Shown here piece after piece: positions 38,758-47,617 of a stretch of 64,000 nucleotides of DNA; positions within the stretch are counted from its first letter, which is position 1, and the number at the start of each line of letters is the position of its first letter. Source of the DNA: Patescibacteria group bacterium (lineage in GTDB: Bacteria > Patescibacteriota > WWE3 > 0-14-0-20-40-13); NCBI GenBank assembly GCA_018896215.1, contig JAHINB010000013.1, positions 17,946 through 81,945 on the forward strand, given 5' to 3'. The notes below the pieces were generated by a model. That model worked only from the letters and a program-made list of their open reading frames with translations, made no database searches and was not told where the DNA came from. The position numbers were made by a program, and so were the translations under genes.

Positions 38758-38909
38758 ATATTTATATACAAGCTTCGCTTATAACAAGATTTAAGAACAA
38801 ATACTAAAATGTTTCGCGTCAGCGAAAGCGTTACAAGCTCTGCTTATAGCGAAAGCGTTACAAGCTCTGCTTATAGCGAAAGCGTTACAAGCTCTGCTTA
38901 TAATGATCT
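38758..38909. repeat. E-family intercistronic repeat region (rplF-rplR spacer) including the tandem array
   Basis: CAAGCTTCGCTTATAACAAGATTTAAGAACAAATACTAAAATGTTTCGCGTC, then 3x27-bp units, then AATGATCTC. Confidence 0.7.
38821..38901. repeat. perfect tandem repeat, 3 x 27 bp (AGCGAAAGCGTTACAAGCTCTGCTTAT)
   Basis: Three identical contiguous units read directly from the sequence. Non-coding, between rplF stop and rplR start. Confidence 0.9.
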
Positions 38910-39464
38910 CTAAGTTTTACCGGACGCCCCGGCTTTTCCGGCTTTACCAGCTTTTCTTCTGATAATTTCTCCTTGGTACTTAATTCCTTTGCCTTTGTAA
39001 GGCTCTGGCTTTCTAACTTTTCTAATTAACGCGCTAAACTGCCCTACTTGTTGCTTATCACAACCGCTAACTTTAATCTTAACATCGTCAGAAACTTCTA
39101 CCTTTAACCCTTGGGGAATTTCCATTTTTACCGGATGAGAATACCCAACTGTTAAAACAAGTGTGTTGCCTTCTATTTTTGACCTAAAGCCAACTCCCGA
39201 GAGCTCTAACTTACGAAAAAACCCGTTAGAGACCCCCGTAACCATATTGGCAATTAATGCCCGCTCCAACCCCCAGTAGGCATTTTCCGTTTCTCCATCC
39301 TTTAGATAAACCTCAATTTCATTTTTATTGATCTTTAAACCCACCTCGGGTCGAACAACCCTTGTTAGGGTACCACTAGATCCCACAACTGTCACTAAAT
39401 CGCCAACGCAGGTTACTGTTACCCCCGCAGGAATATCAATTGGCATTTTGCCTATTTTACTCAT
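38910..39464 (-). CDS. rplF: 50S ribosomal protein L6
   Basis: Two-domain L6 (SKIGKMPIDIPAGVTV...). Confidence 0.9.
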   Translation of the reverse strand: MSKIGKMPIDIPAGVTVTCVGDLVTVVGSSGTLTRVVRPEVGLKINKNEIEVYLKDGETENAYWGLERALIANMVTGVSNGFFRKLELSGVGFRSKIEGNTLVLTVGYSHPVKMEIPQGLKVEVSDDVKIKVSGCDKQQVGQFSALIRKVRKPEPYKGKGIKYQGEIIRRKAGKAGKAGASGKT

Positions 39465-39469
39465 AGTAA

Positions 39470-39877
39470 TTAGTAAACCTCACAAATAACTTCTCCACCC
39501 AAAGCCTTTTTTCGAGATTCCTGACCTGTTAATACTCCTCTAGGTGTTGATATAATTTGAACACCCATACCATTTCTAATCTTTTTAATATCCTTAGATT
39601 TAATATATTTCCTTAAGCTAGGCTTAGAAATAATTTTTAAATGCGACATAATTGGCTCTCCACTCTCCCCAAACGCCACTTCTATATGCAACCTTTTAAA
39701 AGATTCTCCAGAATTCTTAAATGACTTAACAGAAGCTACAAAACCACAAGTTTTTAAGGCCTGCGCTACCGACTCCGCTAACTTTGAATAGGGAGCCTCA
39801 AAAGACTCGTTTTTTGCCATAACAGTGTTTTTAAGTTGGGACAAAAAATCTACAATCATATTAGTTTCGTTTAGCAA
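39470..39877 (-). CDS. rpsH: 30S ribosomal protein S8
   Basis: S8 pattern with C-terminal GGEVICEVY. Confidence 0.85.
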   Translation of the reverse strand: MLNETNMIVDFLSQLKNTVMAKNESFEAPYSKLAESVAQALKTCGFVASVKSFKNSGESFKRLHIEVAFGESGEPIMSHLKIISKPSLRKYIKSKDIKKIRNGMGVQIISTPRGVLTGQESRKKALGGEVICEVY

Positions 39878-40043
39878 CTCCTGGTAATTCTCCTGCCATT
39901 GCCATTTCTCTAAAACAAATTCGGCAAATTCCGTATTTTCTAATAAACCCGTTCACTCTGCCACAAAACTGACATCTATTGTAAGCTCTTACGGCAAATT
40001 TAGGTGTTTTTTTGTGTTTTAAAATTAGCGCTTTTTTAGGCAT
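39861..40043 (-). CDS. rpsZ: 30S ribosomal protein S14 type Z (zinc-binding)
   Basis: 60 aa, [10 protein letters not shown]...CRICFRE Cys4. Confidence 0.85.
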   Translation of the reverse strand: MPKKALILKHKKTPKFAVRAYNRCQFCGRVNGFIRKYGICRICFREMAMAGELPGVAKRN

Positions 40044-40620
40044 TTTTTATGGGTTTTAACTCTTTTTTAAACGGCATACCCAAAGCCTTAAGCAATAAGT
40101 AACCGTCGGAATCGTTAGAAGCCGTTGTTGTTATAACAACCTGAAGGCTTTTTATCTTTTCGATTTTATTAGAGTCTATAGTTGGAAAAACCAAATGCTC
40201 TCTAAAACCTATAGAACAATTTCCGTGACCATCAAAAGACTTTTTAGAAATTCCTCTAAAATCGCGAACCCGTGGCAACACTACACAGACTAAATTCTGG
40301 AAAAAATCCCACATTTTGACTCCTCGTAGTGTAACACATACCCCAACATCCTCCCCCTTCCTCAATTTAAAACTGGCAATAGACTTTTTGCTTTTTGTAA
40401 CTTGCGGTTTTTGCCCTGTTATCTGCTCCAAATCACGAATGCAAGACTCTTTATATTGTTTATCGTCCTTAAACCTTCCAATTCCCATATTTACAGTGAT
40501 CTTTCCCAAAGTTGGAACAGCGTGAACATTACCTTTTTCAAGCTTTTTAAGTAAATCTTTTTTTATTTCTTTTTCAAATTTTTCTTGTAATGTATTCATG
40601 GCATTATAACTTCCTTGCAT
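40036..40620 (-). CDS. rplE: 50S ribosomal protein L5
   Basis: L5 core. Confidence 0.9.
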   Translation of the reverse strand: MQGSYNAMNTLQEKFEKEIKKDLLKKLEKGNVHAVPTLGKITVNMGIGRFKDDKQYKESCIRDLEQITGQKPQVTKSKKSIASFKLRKGEDVGVCVTLRGVKMWDFFQNLVCVVLPRVRDFRGISKKSFDGHGNCSIGFREHLVFPTIDSNKIEKIKSLQVVITTTASNDSDGYLLLKALGMPFKKELKPIKNA

Positions 40621-40907
40621 TTACCACACTTGCGGTATTTTTTTCCCGCCACAATCGAAAATCCAACTCGCGTGGGCTTTTTACATTTGGGACAAACTAA
40701 CATAACTTTAGACACTGCTATAGGCATTTCTTTGGAAATGATCCCTCCTTTAACATTTCTCCCCGAACTTTTTGTATGTCTCTTTACCACATGAACTCCT
40801 TTGACTACAATTTTAGAACTTGCCGTAATCACTCTTTCGACAACAGATTCCTTGCCTTTTTCTTTTCCTGATAAAATTTTAACCGTATCTCCTTTTCGTA
40901 TTTTCAT
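40596..40907 (-). CDS. rplX: 50S ribosomal protein L24 (KOW) with C-terminal CxxC...CxxC
   Basis: N-terminal KOW (KIRKGDTVKILSGKEKGK) and a C-terminal CPKCKKPTRV...CGKCKEV. Confidence 0.85.
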   Translation of the reverse strand: MKIRKGDTVKILSGKEKGKESVVERVITASSKIVVKGVHVVKRHTKSSGRNVKGGIISKEMPIAVSKVMLVCPKCKKPTRVGFSIVAGKKYRKCGKCKEVIMP

Positions 40908-40917
40908 GCTATGTTAA

Positions 40918-41286
40918 CTACCAAACTTCTGTTGCTAATGACACGATTTTGGAAAATCCGGCATCTCTTAATTCTCTTGCTACAGGACCAAAAACTCTTG
41001 TACCCAACGGCAGTTTGTCCGCGCCAACAACACAAGCCGCGTTATCATCAAATCTAATATGTGACCCATCTTTACGTCGCTGTTCCTTTCTACACCTCAC
41101 GACTACAGCCTTTACAACCGAGTGGTCCTTTACAATACCTGTTGACGAAGCCCCCTTTACAACACAGGTTACAATGTTTCCCAATAGAGCAAACCTTCTT
41201 CTGGAATTCCCAGGAATACCAATAATAAGCAACCCCTGTGCCCCACTGTTATCCGCAAGTTTTAGTCTTGATCCAACTTGAACCAT
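40918..41286 (-). CDS. rplN: 50S ribosomal protein L14
   Basis: [17 protein letters not shown]. Confidence 0.9.
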   Translation of the reverse strand: MVQVGSRLKLADNSGAQGLLIIGIPGNSRRRFALLGNIVTCVVKGASSTGIVKDHSVVKAVVVRCRKEQRRKDGSHIRFDDNAACVVGADKLPLGTRVFGPVARELRDAGFSKIVSLATEVW

Positions 41287-41290
41287 AGAA

Positions 41291-41521
41291 TTAATTTATC
41301 TTAGTAACTACCCAATTCTTAAAGCAACTTAGCGGTCTTGATTCTTCTATAGTCACAAAATCTCCTAACTTGGCGCCAACTTCGTTATGCGCTTTAAACC
41401 TTCGGGTATTGCGGATCTCTTTGCCATACATGGGATCTTTTCTTGGCATCTCTACAGCTACAATTGCAGTTTTCTGCATCTTGTCCGAAACTATTTTTCC
41501 TACAAATGTCTTTTTAGGCAT
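41291..41521 (-). CDS. rpsQ: 30S ribosomal protein S17
   Basis: OB fold ([19 protein letters not shown]). Confidence 0.85.
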   Translation of the reverse strand: MPKKTFVGKIVSDKMQKTAIVAVEMPRKDPMYGKEIRNTRRFKAHNEVGAKLGDFVTIEESRPLSCFKNWVVTKIN

Positions 41522-41532
41522 AATGACAAATC

Positions 41533-41733
41533 CTAACTTTGAATAATCTCTTTTTCTCTTAAAATTGTCTTAATTCGCGCTATTTGCTTTCTAATTTTGG
41601 CAATTTTTGCGACCTCTTTAAGCTTTCCCAAAGAGTGGCTCAATTTAGCATCTATTATTTCTTTCTGCAACAACTTAAAGTCTGCGAGCAACAATTCTTT
41701 GGTTTTATCACGAAGCTTTGATATTGATTCCAT
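41533..41733 (-). CDS. rpmC: 50S ribosomal protein L29
   Basis: 66-aa helical hairpin in the expected rplP-rpmC-rpsQ order. Confidence 0.8.
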   Translation of the reverse strand: MESISKLRDKTKELLLADFKLLQKEIIDAKLSHSLGKLKEVAKIAKIRKQIARIKTILREKEIIQS

Positions 41734-41738
41734 GGTAT

Positions 41739-42146
41739 TTAATCTGCTTGAACAAACCCTGTTTTAATCGGTAATTTATGCGAGGCGCGATCAAACGCTT
41801 CTCGAGCTACTGCCTCGGTAACACCAGACAGCTCAAACATTATTTTTCCCGGTCGAGTTCTGCAGGAAAAATGGTCTGCCAAGCCTTTCCCGCCACCCAT
41901 TCTTGTTTCGGCAGGCTTTTTTGTTACAGGATTATCGGGAAATACTCTAATCCAAAGCTTTCCGCTTCTTTTAGTAAAATGCGTAATGGCTTTTCTGGCA
42001 GCCTCTATTTGCCGCGATGTAATATAGCCACGATCCATGGCTTTAAGACCAAACTCTCCAAAATCAACATTAGAACCGCGATTACTCAATCCCGCGATTG
42101 TGCCTCTTTGGGTCCTTCTAAATTTCATTCTCTTTGGCATTAACAT
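41739..42146 (-). CDS. rplP: 50S ribosomal protein L16
   Basis: [15 protein letters not shown]. Confidence 0.9.
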   Translation of the reverse strand: MLMPKRMKFRRTQRGTIAGLSNRGSNVDFGEFGLKAMDRGYITSRQIEAARKAITHFTKRSGKLWIRVFPDNPVTKKPAETRMGGGKGLADHFSCRTRPGKIMFELSGVTEAVAREAFDRASHKLPIKTGFVQAD

Positions 42147-42153
42147 AAAAAAA

Positions 42154-42795
42154 TTACTTGATGTTTTCGTACTCGCCTCGATAAATCCAAACTTTTATTC
42201 CAATGCTTCCATATGCTGGCATTGCTTCTACCCGGGCAAAATCTATATCAGCTCGCAAGGTTTGGGTGGGAACTGTTCCACGAGAAAATTTCTCGTTGCG
42301 TCCAATACTGGAAGCGCCACTTAAAAGACCCGAGACTTCTATTTTAATACCCAAAACCCTTGCCTCCTGCGCTTTTTGCAAAGCCGAGTTTACCGCTCTT
42401 TTATAAGGAATTCGTTTTTCTATTTGATCCGCAATAGCTCGGGCTGTAAGATAAGCGGATTTTTCGATCTCTTTAATTTCCTCAACCACCAAATCTACTT
42501 TTTCCGGCGTTAATTTTTTTAACTCCTCTCGTAAAAGCGCGATTCCCGCCCCACCTTTTCCAATAACTACCCCAGGACGAGAAATAGCCACAACTATTTT
42601 AATGTTTCCAAAGGAGCGCTCAATGACAACTTGAGAAATTCCTGCCCCAGAAAGCCTTTTCATTAAAAACCTTCTAATTTTTTGATCTTCTAAAACATAC
42701 GCAGGCAACACTTTTTTGTCTTGAGTAAACCAAATAGATTGCCAATTTTTGTAGACCCCGTAACGGAAACCGTTAGGATTTGTTTTTTGTCCCAT
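42154..42795 (-). CDS. rpsC: 30S ribosomal protein S3
   Basis: [16 protein letters not shown] domain. Confidence 0.9.
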   Translation of the reverse strand: MGQKTNPNGFRYGVYKNWQSIWFTQDKKVLPAYVLEDQKIRRFLMKRLSGAGISQVVIERSFGNIKIVVAISRPGVVIGKGGAGIALLREELKKLTPEKVDLVVEEIKEIEKSAYLTARAIADQIEKRIPYKRAVNSALQKAQEARVLGIKIEVSGLLSGASSIGRNEKFSRGTVPTQTLRADIDFARVEAMPAYGSIGIKVWIYRGEYENIK

Positions 42796-43141
42796 TTTCG
42801 TCAGAAACTGAAAGAGATAATTTAATATTTGTGGTTCTTTTTAAAATTGGGCGGGCGGTTCCCTTGGAACCAGCTCTAATTCTTTTAAGCGTTGTCCCTT
42901 TTCCCACCATAATTTCGGATAAAAACATCTCATCGCTTTCAAGACCTCTGCTCTTTGCTGACGCTACTGCCGATTTGATTAGATTAGCAACCGGTCTGGC
43001 TGATCTTTTGACCGTAAAAGCAAGCCGTCTTCGCGCCTCCATGACTGTGCACCCCCTCACAAGATCGCAAACCAAAGCGACTTTTCTTGGCGTTATTCTT
43101 AAATTATTTAATTTTGCAACAACCTGTTGTTTTTTTTCCAT
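42773..43141 (-). CDS. rplV: 50S ribosomal protein L22
   Basis: L22 core. Confidence 0.85.
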   Translation of the reverse strand: MEKKQQVVAKLNNLRITPRKVALVCDLVRGCTVMEARRRLAFTVKRSARPVANLIKSAVASAKSRGLESDEMFLSEIMVGKGTTLKRIRAGSKGTARPILKRTTNIKLSLSVSDENGTKNKS

Positions 43142-43167
43142 AATCCTTAGACGCTTTCTATAGCTAT

Positions 43168-43515
43168 CTATTTTGCTCCCGCTTTAGGTGACGGCTTTGG
43201 CGCAGTTGGAGAAATACCCTCCGGTGCTCTCTTGGCAGAACTTTCTTTTTTAAGACCTTTTCTGCTGTGAGTTCTAAAGGTCCTGGTTAAAGAAAACTCC
43301 CCTAACTTGTGCCCAACCATAGACTCGGTGACAAACACCCCAATAAAGGTTTTTCCGTTATGTACTTCGAAATTTAACCCCACCATCTCGGGACTTATGG
43401 TAGATCTTCTACTCCATGTTTTTATAGCCCCACGATTTAATGTAGCTTTCGCTTTTTTTACTTTTTCTTGCAATTTTGGGTCAATGTAGGGACCCTTTTT
43501 TTGTGATCTGCTCAT
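43168..43515 (-). CDS. rpsS: 30S ribosomal protein S19
   Basis: Start taken at the ATG ([15 protein letters not shown], cf. the canonical S19 N-terminus). The longer TTG-initiated ORF runs into the upstream repeat element. Confidence 0.85.
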   Translation of the reverse strand: MSRSQKKGPYIDPKLQEKVKKAKATLNRGAIKTWSRRSTISPEMVGLNFEVHNGKTFIGVFVTESMVGHKLGEFSLTRTFRTHSRKGLKKESSAKRAPEGISPTAPKPSPKAGAK

Positions 43516-43604
43516 ATCTATAACAAGATTCAAGAAAACTTCCTATTAATATCCCCGATGGATATCGGGGGCGTTACATATTTCCACGCTTCCCGCGTGG
43601 AAAT
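43516..43604. repeat. E-family structured intercistronic repeat (rplB-rpsS spacer)
   Basis: ATCTATAACAAGATTCAAGAAAACTTCCTATTAATA, then hairpin CCCCGAT-gga-TATCGGGG, then GCGTTACATA, then hairpin TTTCCACGC-ttcc-GCGTGGAAA, then TCTATTTCC. Confidence 0.7.
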
Positions 43605-44426
43605 CTATTTCCTTTCAACAATAAATTTATCGGTATGAGTTCTTTTTCTAGTTTTAAACCCTTTAGCAGGTTGTCCCCAAGGACTTACCGGAGACGCTCT
43701 TCCAACCCCCGATGTTTTGTAACTGCCCCCATGTGGATGAGATCTAGGACTACCATAGGCTACACCTCTTACCTTAGAGCGCCGTCCCAAGTATTTCTTT
43801 ATTCCCGCTTTACCTAGGCTAATATTTTTAACATCTTCGTTGTCCAAAACACCAAAAGATCCGCTACAGTTTCCAAAAATCTTTTTTACCTCACCACTCG
43901 GAAGCTTGATATTAACATATTTCCCCTCTTTTGCGGTAATGGTTGCAAAATTCCCTGCTCCTCTAGCCATTTCTCCACCTTTTCCAACATGTAGCTCTAC
44001 GCAATTAATATACGATCCAACCGGCATTAAATTTAAGGGGCAGGAATTTCCAGGGTTTTGATCAACAGCCTGCTTCGACGAAACAACGGTATCCCCAACT
44101 TTAAGTTCTTTGGGTCTTAAAATATAGCGCCGTTCACCATCAGCATATAAAATTAAAGCTATAGAACTGCCTCTATTGGGATCGTACTCTATTTGCTCAA
44201 CTTTAGCCAAAATGTCGTATTTATCCCTTTTAAAATCTATCTTGCGATAGGCCTTTTTAGCACCCGCAGATCTGTGGCGCATTGAAACCCTACCACGAGA
44301 TCTAGCAGTAGATCCACGACTGCCAACAACCAAAGACTTTACTCTTGCAAGCTTTTGGTTTTTTCGCCTTAAACTAATTTTTCCCCTTTGACCTGGGGTT
44401 GTGGGTTTGTATCTTTTTAATGCCAT
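43605..44426 (-). CDS. rplB: 50S ribosomal protein L2
   Basis: 273-aa L2 (GRNNRGRITVRHRGGGHKR-like motifs). Confidence 0.95.
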   Translation of the reverse strand: MALKRYKPTTPGQRGKISLRRKNQKLARVKSLVVGSRGSTARSRGRVSMRHRSAGAKKAYRKIDFKRDKYDILAKVEQIEYDPNRGSSIALILYADGERRYILRPKELKVGDTVVSSKQAVDQNPGNSCPLNLMPVGSYINCVELHVGKGGEMARGAGNFATITAKEGKYVNIKLPSGEVKKIFGNCSGSFGVLDNEDVKNISLGKAGIKKYLGRRSKVRGVAYGSPRSHPHGGSYKTSGVGRASPVSPWGQPAKGFKTRKRTHTDKFIVERK

Positions 44427-44428
44427 AG

Positions 44429-44758
44429 TTAACTTGTCTTCTTAACCTTCTTAGCCTTTCCTAATTTCTTCTCCACAACTTCAAATAAATCGATTTTCTG
44501 ACCCGTTGCTAATTTAGCGAAGGCTTTTTTATACTCTTTGGTTTTATAAGACATTCTAGCCTTTGTTAAACTTCTTTTTGTTTTGCTCTTTGTTTTTAAA
44601 GTATTCAACCTCGTAACCTTAACCTTAAAGTGCTGCTCTATTTGATCAATAATCGCCCCTTTTGACGCCTCTTTAACAACTGCAAAGGAATAAATGCCTT
44701 TTTTTACCAAGTGGGTAGTTTTTTCTGTGATTATAGGTCTAATTATTATTTGTTGCAT
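44429..44758 (-). CDS. rplW: 50S ribosomal protein L23
   Basis: L23 core, position between rplD and rplB. Confidence 0.8.
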   Translation of the reverse strand: MQQIIIRPIITEKTTHLVKKGIYSFAVVKEASKGAIIDQIEQHFKVKVTRLNTLKTKSKTKRSLTKARMSYKTKEYKKAFAKLATGQKIDLFEVVEKKLGKAKKVKKTS

Positions 44759-45381
44759 AGTTCTGAAATAACCTCTTTTTCTAAAACAGTCAGCGCCACG
44801 GAAGATAACTCAAAAGCGTTAATTGCTCTGGAGTCGCAAACACTAACCTGCGAAAGATTTCTAAACGATCTTAAAACTTTAAATCTTTCGGCAACTTCCT
44901 TTTTGGCAGAAATTACTAAAAGAGCTTTTTTATCTATTTTTAAATTGTTTAAAATACCTATGGCATCTTTTGTTTTTAGCTTGTCCATATCTAATCTATC
45001 CAAAACTAAAATACTTTTAGTCTGCAAGGCGCAAGAAAGGGCTGATACAAGCGCTCCCCTCTTTTGAGCTTTATTTAAAGAGAGTCTTTTTGTGTAAGGA
45101 ACAGGTCCGTGAGATATTCCACCGCCTACCCAAACTGGAGACCTAGATGACCCAGCCCGCGCCCTACCCGTATGTTTTTGGTTCCAAGGCTTTTTTCCGC
45201 CACCAGAGACTTGAGACCTTGTTTTGGTCTTGTGTGTTCCTTGGCTTTGATTAGCTTGATACATTCTAATGTACTGCGCTATTAGATCCAGATTTGGAGT
45301 AACACCAAAAACCTCTTTGGGAAGAGTTATTTTTTCAACTTCTTGGCCTTCTTTATTTAAGACGCTTACCTTTAAACTCAT
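44746..45381 (-). CDS. rplD: 50S ribosomal protein L4
   Basis: L4 core. Confidence 0.85.
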   Translation of the reverse strand: MSLKVSVLNKEGQEVEKITLPKEVFGVTPNLDLIAQYIRMYQANQSQGTHKTKTRSQVSGGGKKPWNQKHTGRARAGSSRSPVWVGGGISHGPVPYTKRLSLNKAQKRGALVSALSCALQTKSILVLDRLDMDKLKTKDAIGILNNLKIDKKALLVISAKKEVAERFKVLRSFRNLSQVSVCDSRAINAFELSSVALTVLEKEVISELCNK

Positions 45382-45809
45382 GTTAGTATTTCAACTTGCA
45401 CCTTTGACCGCCTTGCTCCTGGCACCCCACCTAAAACTTTGATTTCGAGTTTTTCTTTTTCTAGACCAACAATCTTGGATCCCGGTACTGTAATGCTAGC
45501 ATTTCCAAAGTGCCCCGGCATTTTGAGACCTTTAAAAACTCTTCCAGGGGTGGAAGGACCAGTAGAACCAATTGCCCTTTGCCTGTCCGACTGACCATGG
45601 GTAGCAGGACCTCCCTTATGCCCCCACCTCTTCATCACACCAGAAAAACCACGCCCTTTTGAAACTCCTTTTAGCTTTATTTTTTGACCAATGGCAAGCT
45701 CTTTTTCCGGCCAGACAGAAAGTACCACTGTTGTAAAAGGAACGACATCTCCATTTTCTAAATATAATAAACCCATGTCTTTTTTTGTTCCTAAAAGTTT
45801 TGTTTCCAT
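45378..45809 (-). CDS. rplC: 50S ribosomal protein L3 (short form, ~143 aa)
   Basis: The N-terminus aligns with canonical L3 (METKLLGTKKDMGLLY vs MIGLVGKKVGMTRIF). The C-terminal half GFSGVMKRWGHKGGPATHGQS...GGVPGARRSKVQVE is present, but ~60 residues of the canonical internal region are missing. Confidence 0.8.
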   Translation of the reverse strand: METKLLGTKKDMGLLYLENGDVVPFTTVVLSVWPEKELAIGQKIKLKGVSKGRGFSGVMKRWGHKGGPATHGQSDRQRAIGSTGPSTPGRVFKGLKMPGHFGNASITVPGSKIVGLEKEKLEIKVLGGVPGARRSKVQVEILT

Positions 45810-45905
45810 ATCTTATAACAAGATTCAAGAATAATTCCTATTAATTTCCTCGCCCACGGCGAGGGCGTTACATAGTTGCACGAGCTTGCTCGTGGAAATC
45901 TATGT
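45810..45905. repeat. E-family structured intercistronic repeat (rpsJ-rplC spacer)
   Basis: ATCTTATAACAAGATTCAAGAATAATTCCTATTAATTTCC, then hairpin CTCGCC-cacg-GGCGAGG, then GCGTTACATAG, then hairpin CACGAGC-tt-GCTCGTG, then GAAATCTATG. Confidence 0.7.
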
Positions 45906-45924
45906 TTGGTGCAGGGTGGGATAG

Positions 45925-46233
45925 TTAGGCCTTTATTTCTATTCCTACTCCCGAGGGCAAATTTAAATGTGACAACTGATCCATGGTACTTGGAGTTGGA
46001 TTGTCAATATCAATAATTCTTACATGCGTTCTGACTTCAAAGTGCTCGCGAGATCTAGAATCAATATGCGGACCGCGCAGAACCGTAATGACTTCTTTTT
46101 TGCAAGGAAGCGGAACGGGACCCGAGACTCTAGCGCCAGTCCTTATGGCGCAATCTACAATTTTTGCAGCGCTTTGATCAACCACTCTGCTATCATATGA
46201 CTTTAATTTTACCCTAATCCTTCCTTTAGACAT
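45925..46233 (-). CDS. rpsJ: 30S ribosomal protein S10
   Basis: [14 protein letters not shown]. Confidence 0.9.
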   Translation of the reverse strand: MSKGRIRVKLKSYDSRVVDQSAAKIVDCAIRTGARVSGPVPLPCKKEVITVLRGPHIDSRSREHFEVRTHVRIIDIDNPTPSTMDQLSHLNLPSGVGIEIKA

Positions 46234-46328
46234 ACGACATCACAACAAGATTTAAGAAAACATCCAAATAATTTCCCCCGACGAATGTCGGGGGCGTTGC
46301 AAGCTTTTTCGCGTAATCGCGAAAAGGG
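46234..46328. repeat. E-family structured intercistronic repeat (tuf-rpsJ spacer)
   Basis: ACGACATCACAACAAGATTTAAGAAAACATCCAAATAATTTCC, then hairpin CCCGAC-gaat-GTCGGGG, then GCGTTGCAAG, then hairpin TTTTTCGCG-taat-CGCGAAAAG. Confidence 0.7.
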
Positions 46329-47522
46329 TTATTTAATTACCTTCGAGACAACTCCTGCTCCAACCGTTTGACCACCTTCGCGAATAGCAAATCGCATTCC
46401 CTCTTCCATAGCAACTGGAGTAATCAGCTTAATGCTTAATTTTACATCATCACCTGGCATTGCCATCTCTGTCCCTGCGGGCAAATCGGCTTCTCCAGTA
46501 ACATCTGTGGTTCTAATATAGAATTGTGGCTTGTATCCGCTAAAAAACGGGGTGTGTCTGCCACCCTCTTCTTTAGAAAGAACATAGACGCTGGCCTCAA
46601 ACTCGGTGTGAGGGGTAATTGATCCTGGCTTTGCCAAGACCTGACCTCTTTCTACTCCATCTCGCTCAATTCCTCTTAAAAGGATCCCTACATTATCCCC
46701 GGCCTGCCCCTCGGGAAGAGATTTCTTAAACATCTCAATTCCAGTAACAACCGTCTTGGAGGTTGGTTTAATTCCAATTATTTCTACTTCCTCGTTAATT
46801 TTAACAACACCCCTGTCGATTTTTCCTGTAACCACTGTTCCACGACCCTTGATGCTAAACACATCCTCTATCGGCATTAAAAAGGGCTTGTCCAAATCTC
46901 TCTTTGGAGTTGGAATAAACTCATCAACCGCTTTCATTAAGTCTTCGATAGCTTTAATGGACGCGGGATCGCCTTCCAACGCTTTTAGAGCGGAACCTCT
47001 GATAATTGGAGTAGTGTCCCCCGGATACTCAAACTTTTTGAGCATATCTCTAAGCTCCATTTCGACTAAATCGCACATTTCATTCTTTTCGGCGTCGGTT
47101 CCAGGCAGAGCGTCGACTTTATTTAAAAATACGACCAGGGATGGAACATTAACTTGACGCGCTAAAAGAACATGTTCTCTTGTTTGAGGCATAGCTCCAT
47201 CGGTTGCCGCAACAACAAGAATAGCGCCGTCCATTTGGGCAGCTCCGGTAATCATGTTTTTAATGTAATCTCGATGCCCCGGAGCATCTATGTGGGCATA
47301 GTGACGAGCTTCGGTTTCGTACTCAACATGAGTAATGTTGATTGTAATACCACGAGCCTTCTCTTCTGGGGCTTTGTCAATTTGATCGTAAGCATAAAAT
47401 TGAGACAAACCCTTAGAAGCGAGTACCTTAGTAATTGCCGCAGTAAGTGTGGTTTTACCATGGTCTACATGACCTATGGTTCCAATATTTACATGAGGCT
47501 TAGTTCTGATGAATTCTGCCAT
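46329..47522 (-). CDS. tuf: elongation factor Tu
   Basis: [19 protein letters not shown] motifs. 397 aa. Confidence 0.95.
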   Translation of the reverse strand: MAEFIRTKPHVNIGTIGHVDHGKTTLTAAITKVLASKGLSQFYAYDQIDKAPEEKARGITINITHVEYETEARHYAHIDAPGHRDYIKNMITGAAQMDGAILVVAATDGAMPQTREHVLLARQVNVPSLVVFLNKVDALPGTDAEKNEMCDLVEMELRDMLKKFEYPGDTTPIIRGSALKALEGDPASIKAIEDLMKAVDEFIPTPKRDLDKPFLMPIEDVFSIKGRGTVVTGKIDRGVVKINEEVEIIGIKPTSKTVVTGIEMFKKSLPEGQAGDNVGILLRGIERDGVERGQVLAKPGSITPHTEFEASVYVLSKEEGGRHTPFFSGYKPQFYIRTTDVTGEADLPAGTEMAMPGDDVKLSIKLITPVAMEEGMRFAIREGGQTVGAGVVSKVIK

Positions 47523-47617
47523 AGAAAAAATCTAAATTTAAAAACTAGTGTGTACGCGCGTCTTGCGAACACTAACCTTTAAATGCTAGATATAAAAACA
47601 AGTAAACTTTTAAAGAA

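Noticed and set aside
38821-38901. Possible CRISPR array
   Set aside because: Only three identical 27-bp units that are directly contiguous with no unique spacers. A simple tandem repeat.
37475-43163. Plus-strand ORFs overlapping r-protein genes (e.g. 37475-37933, 40949-41281, 41778-42143, 42780-43163)
   Set aside because: They lie antisense to highly conserved ribosomal protein genes with clear homology. Typical shadow ORFs.
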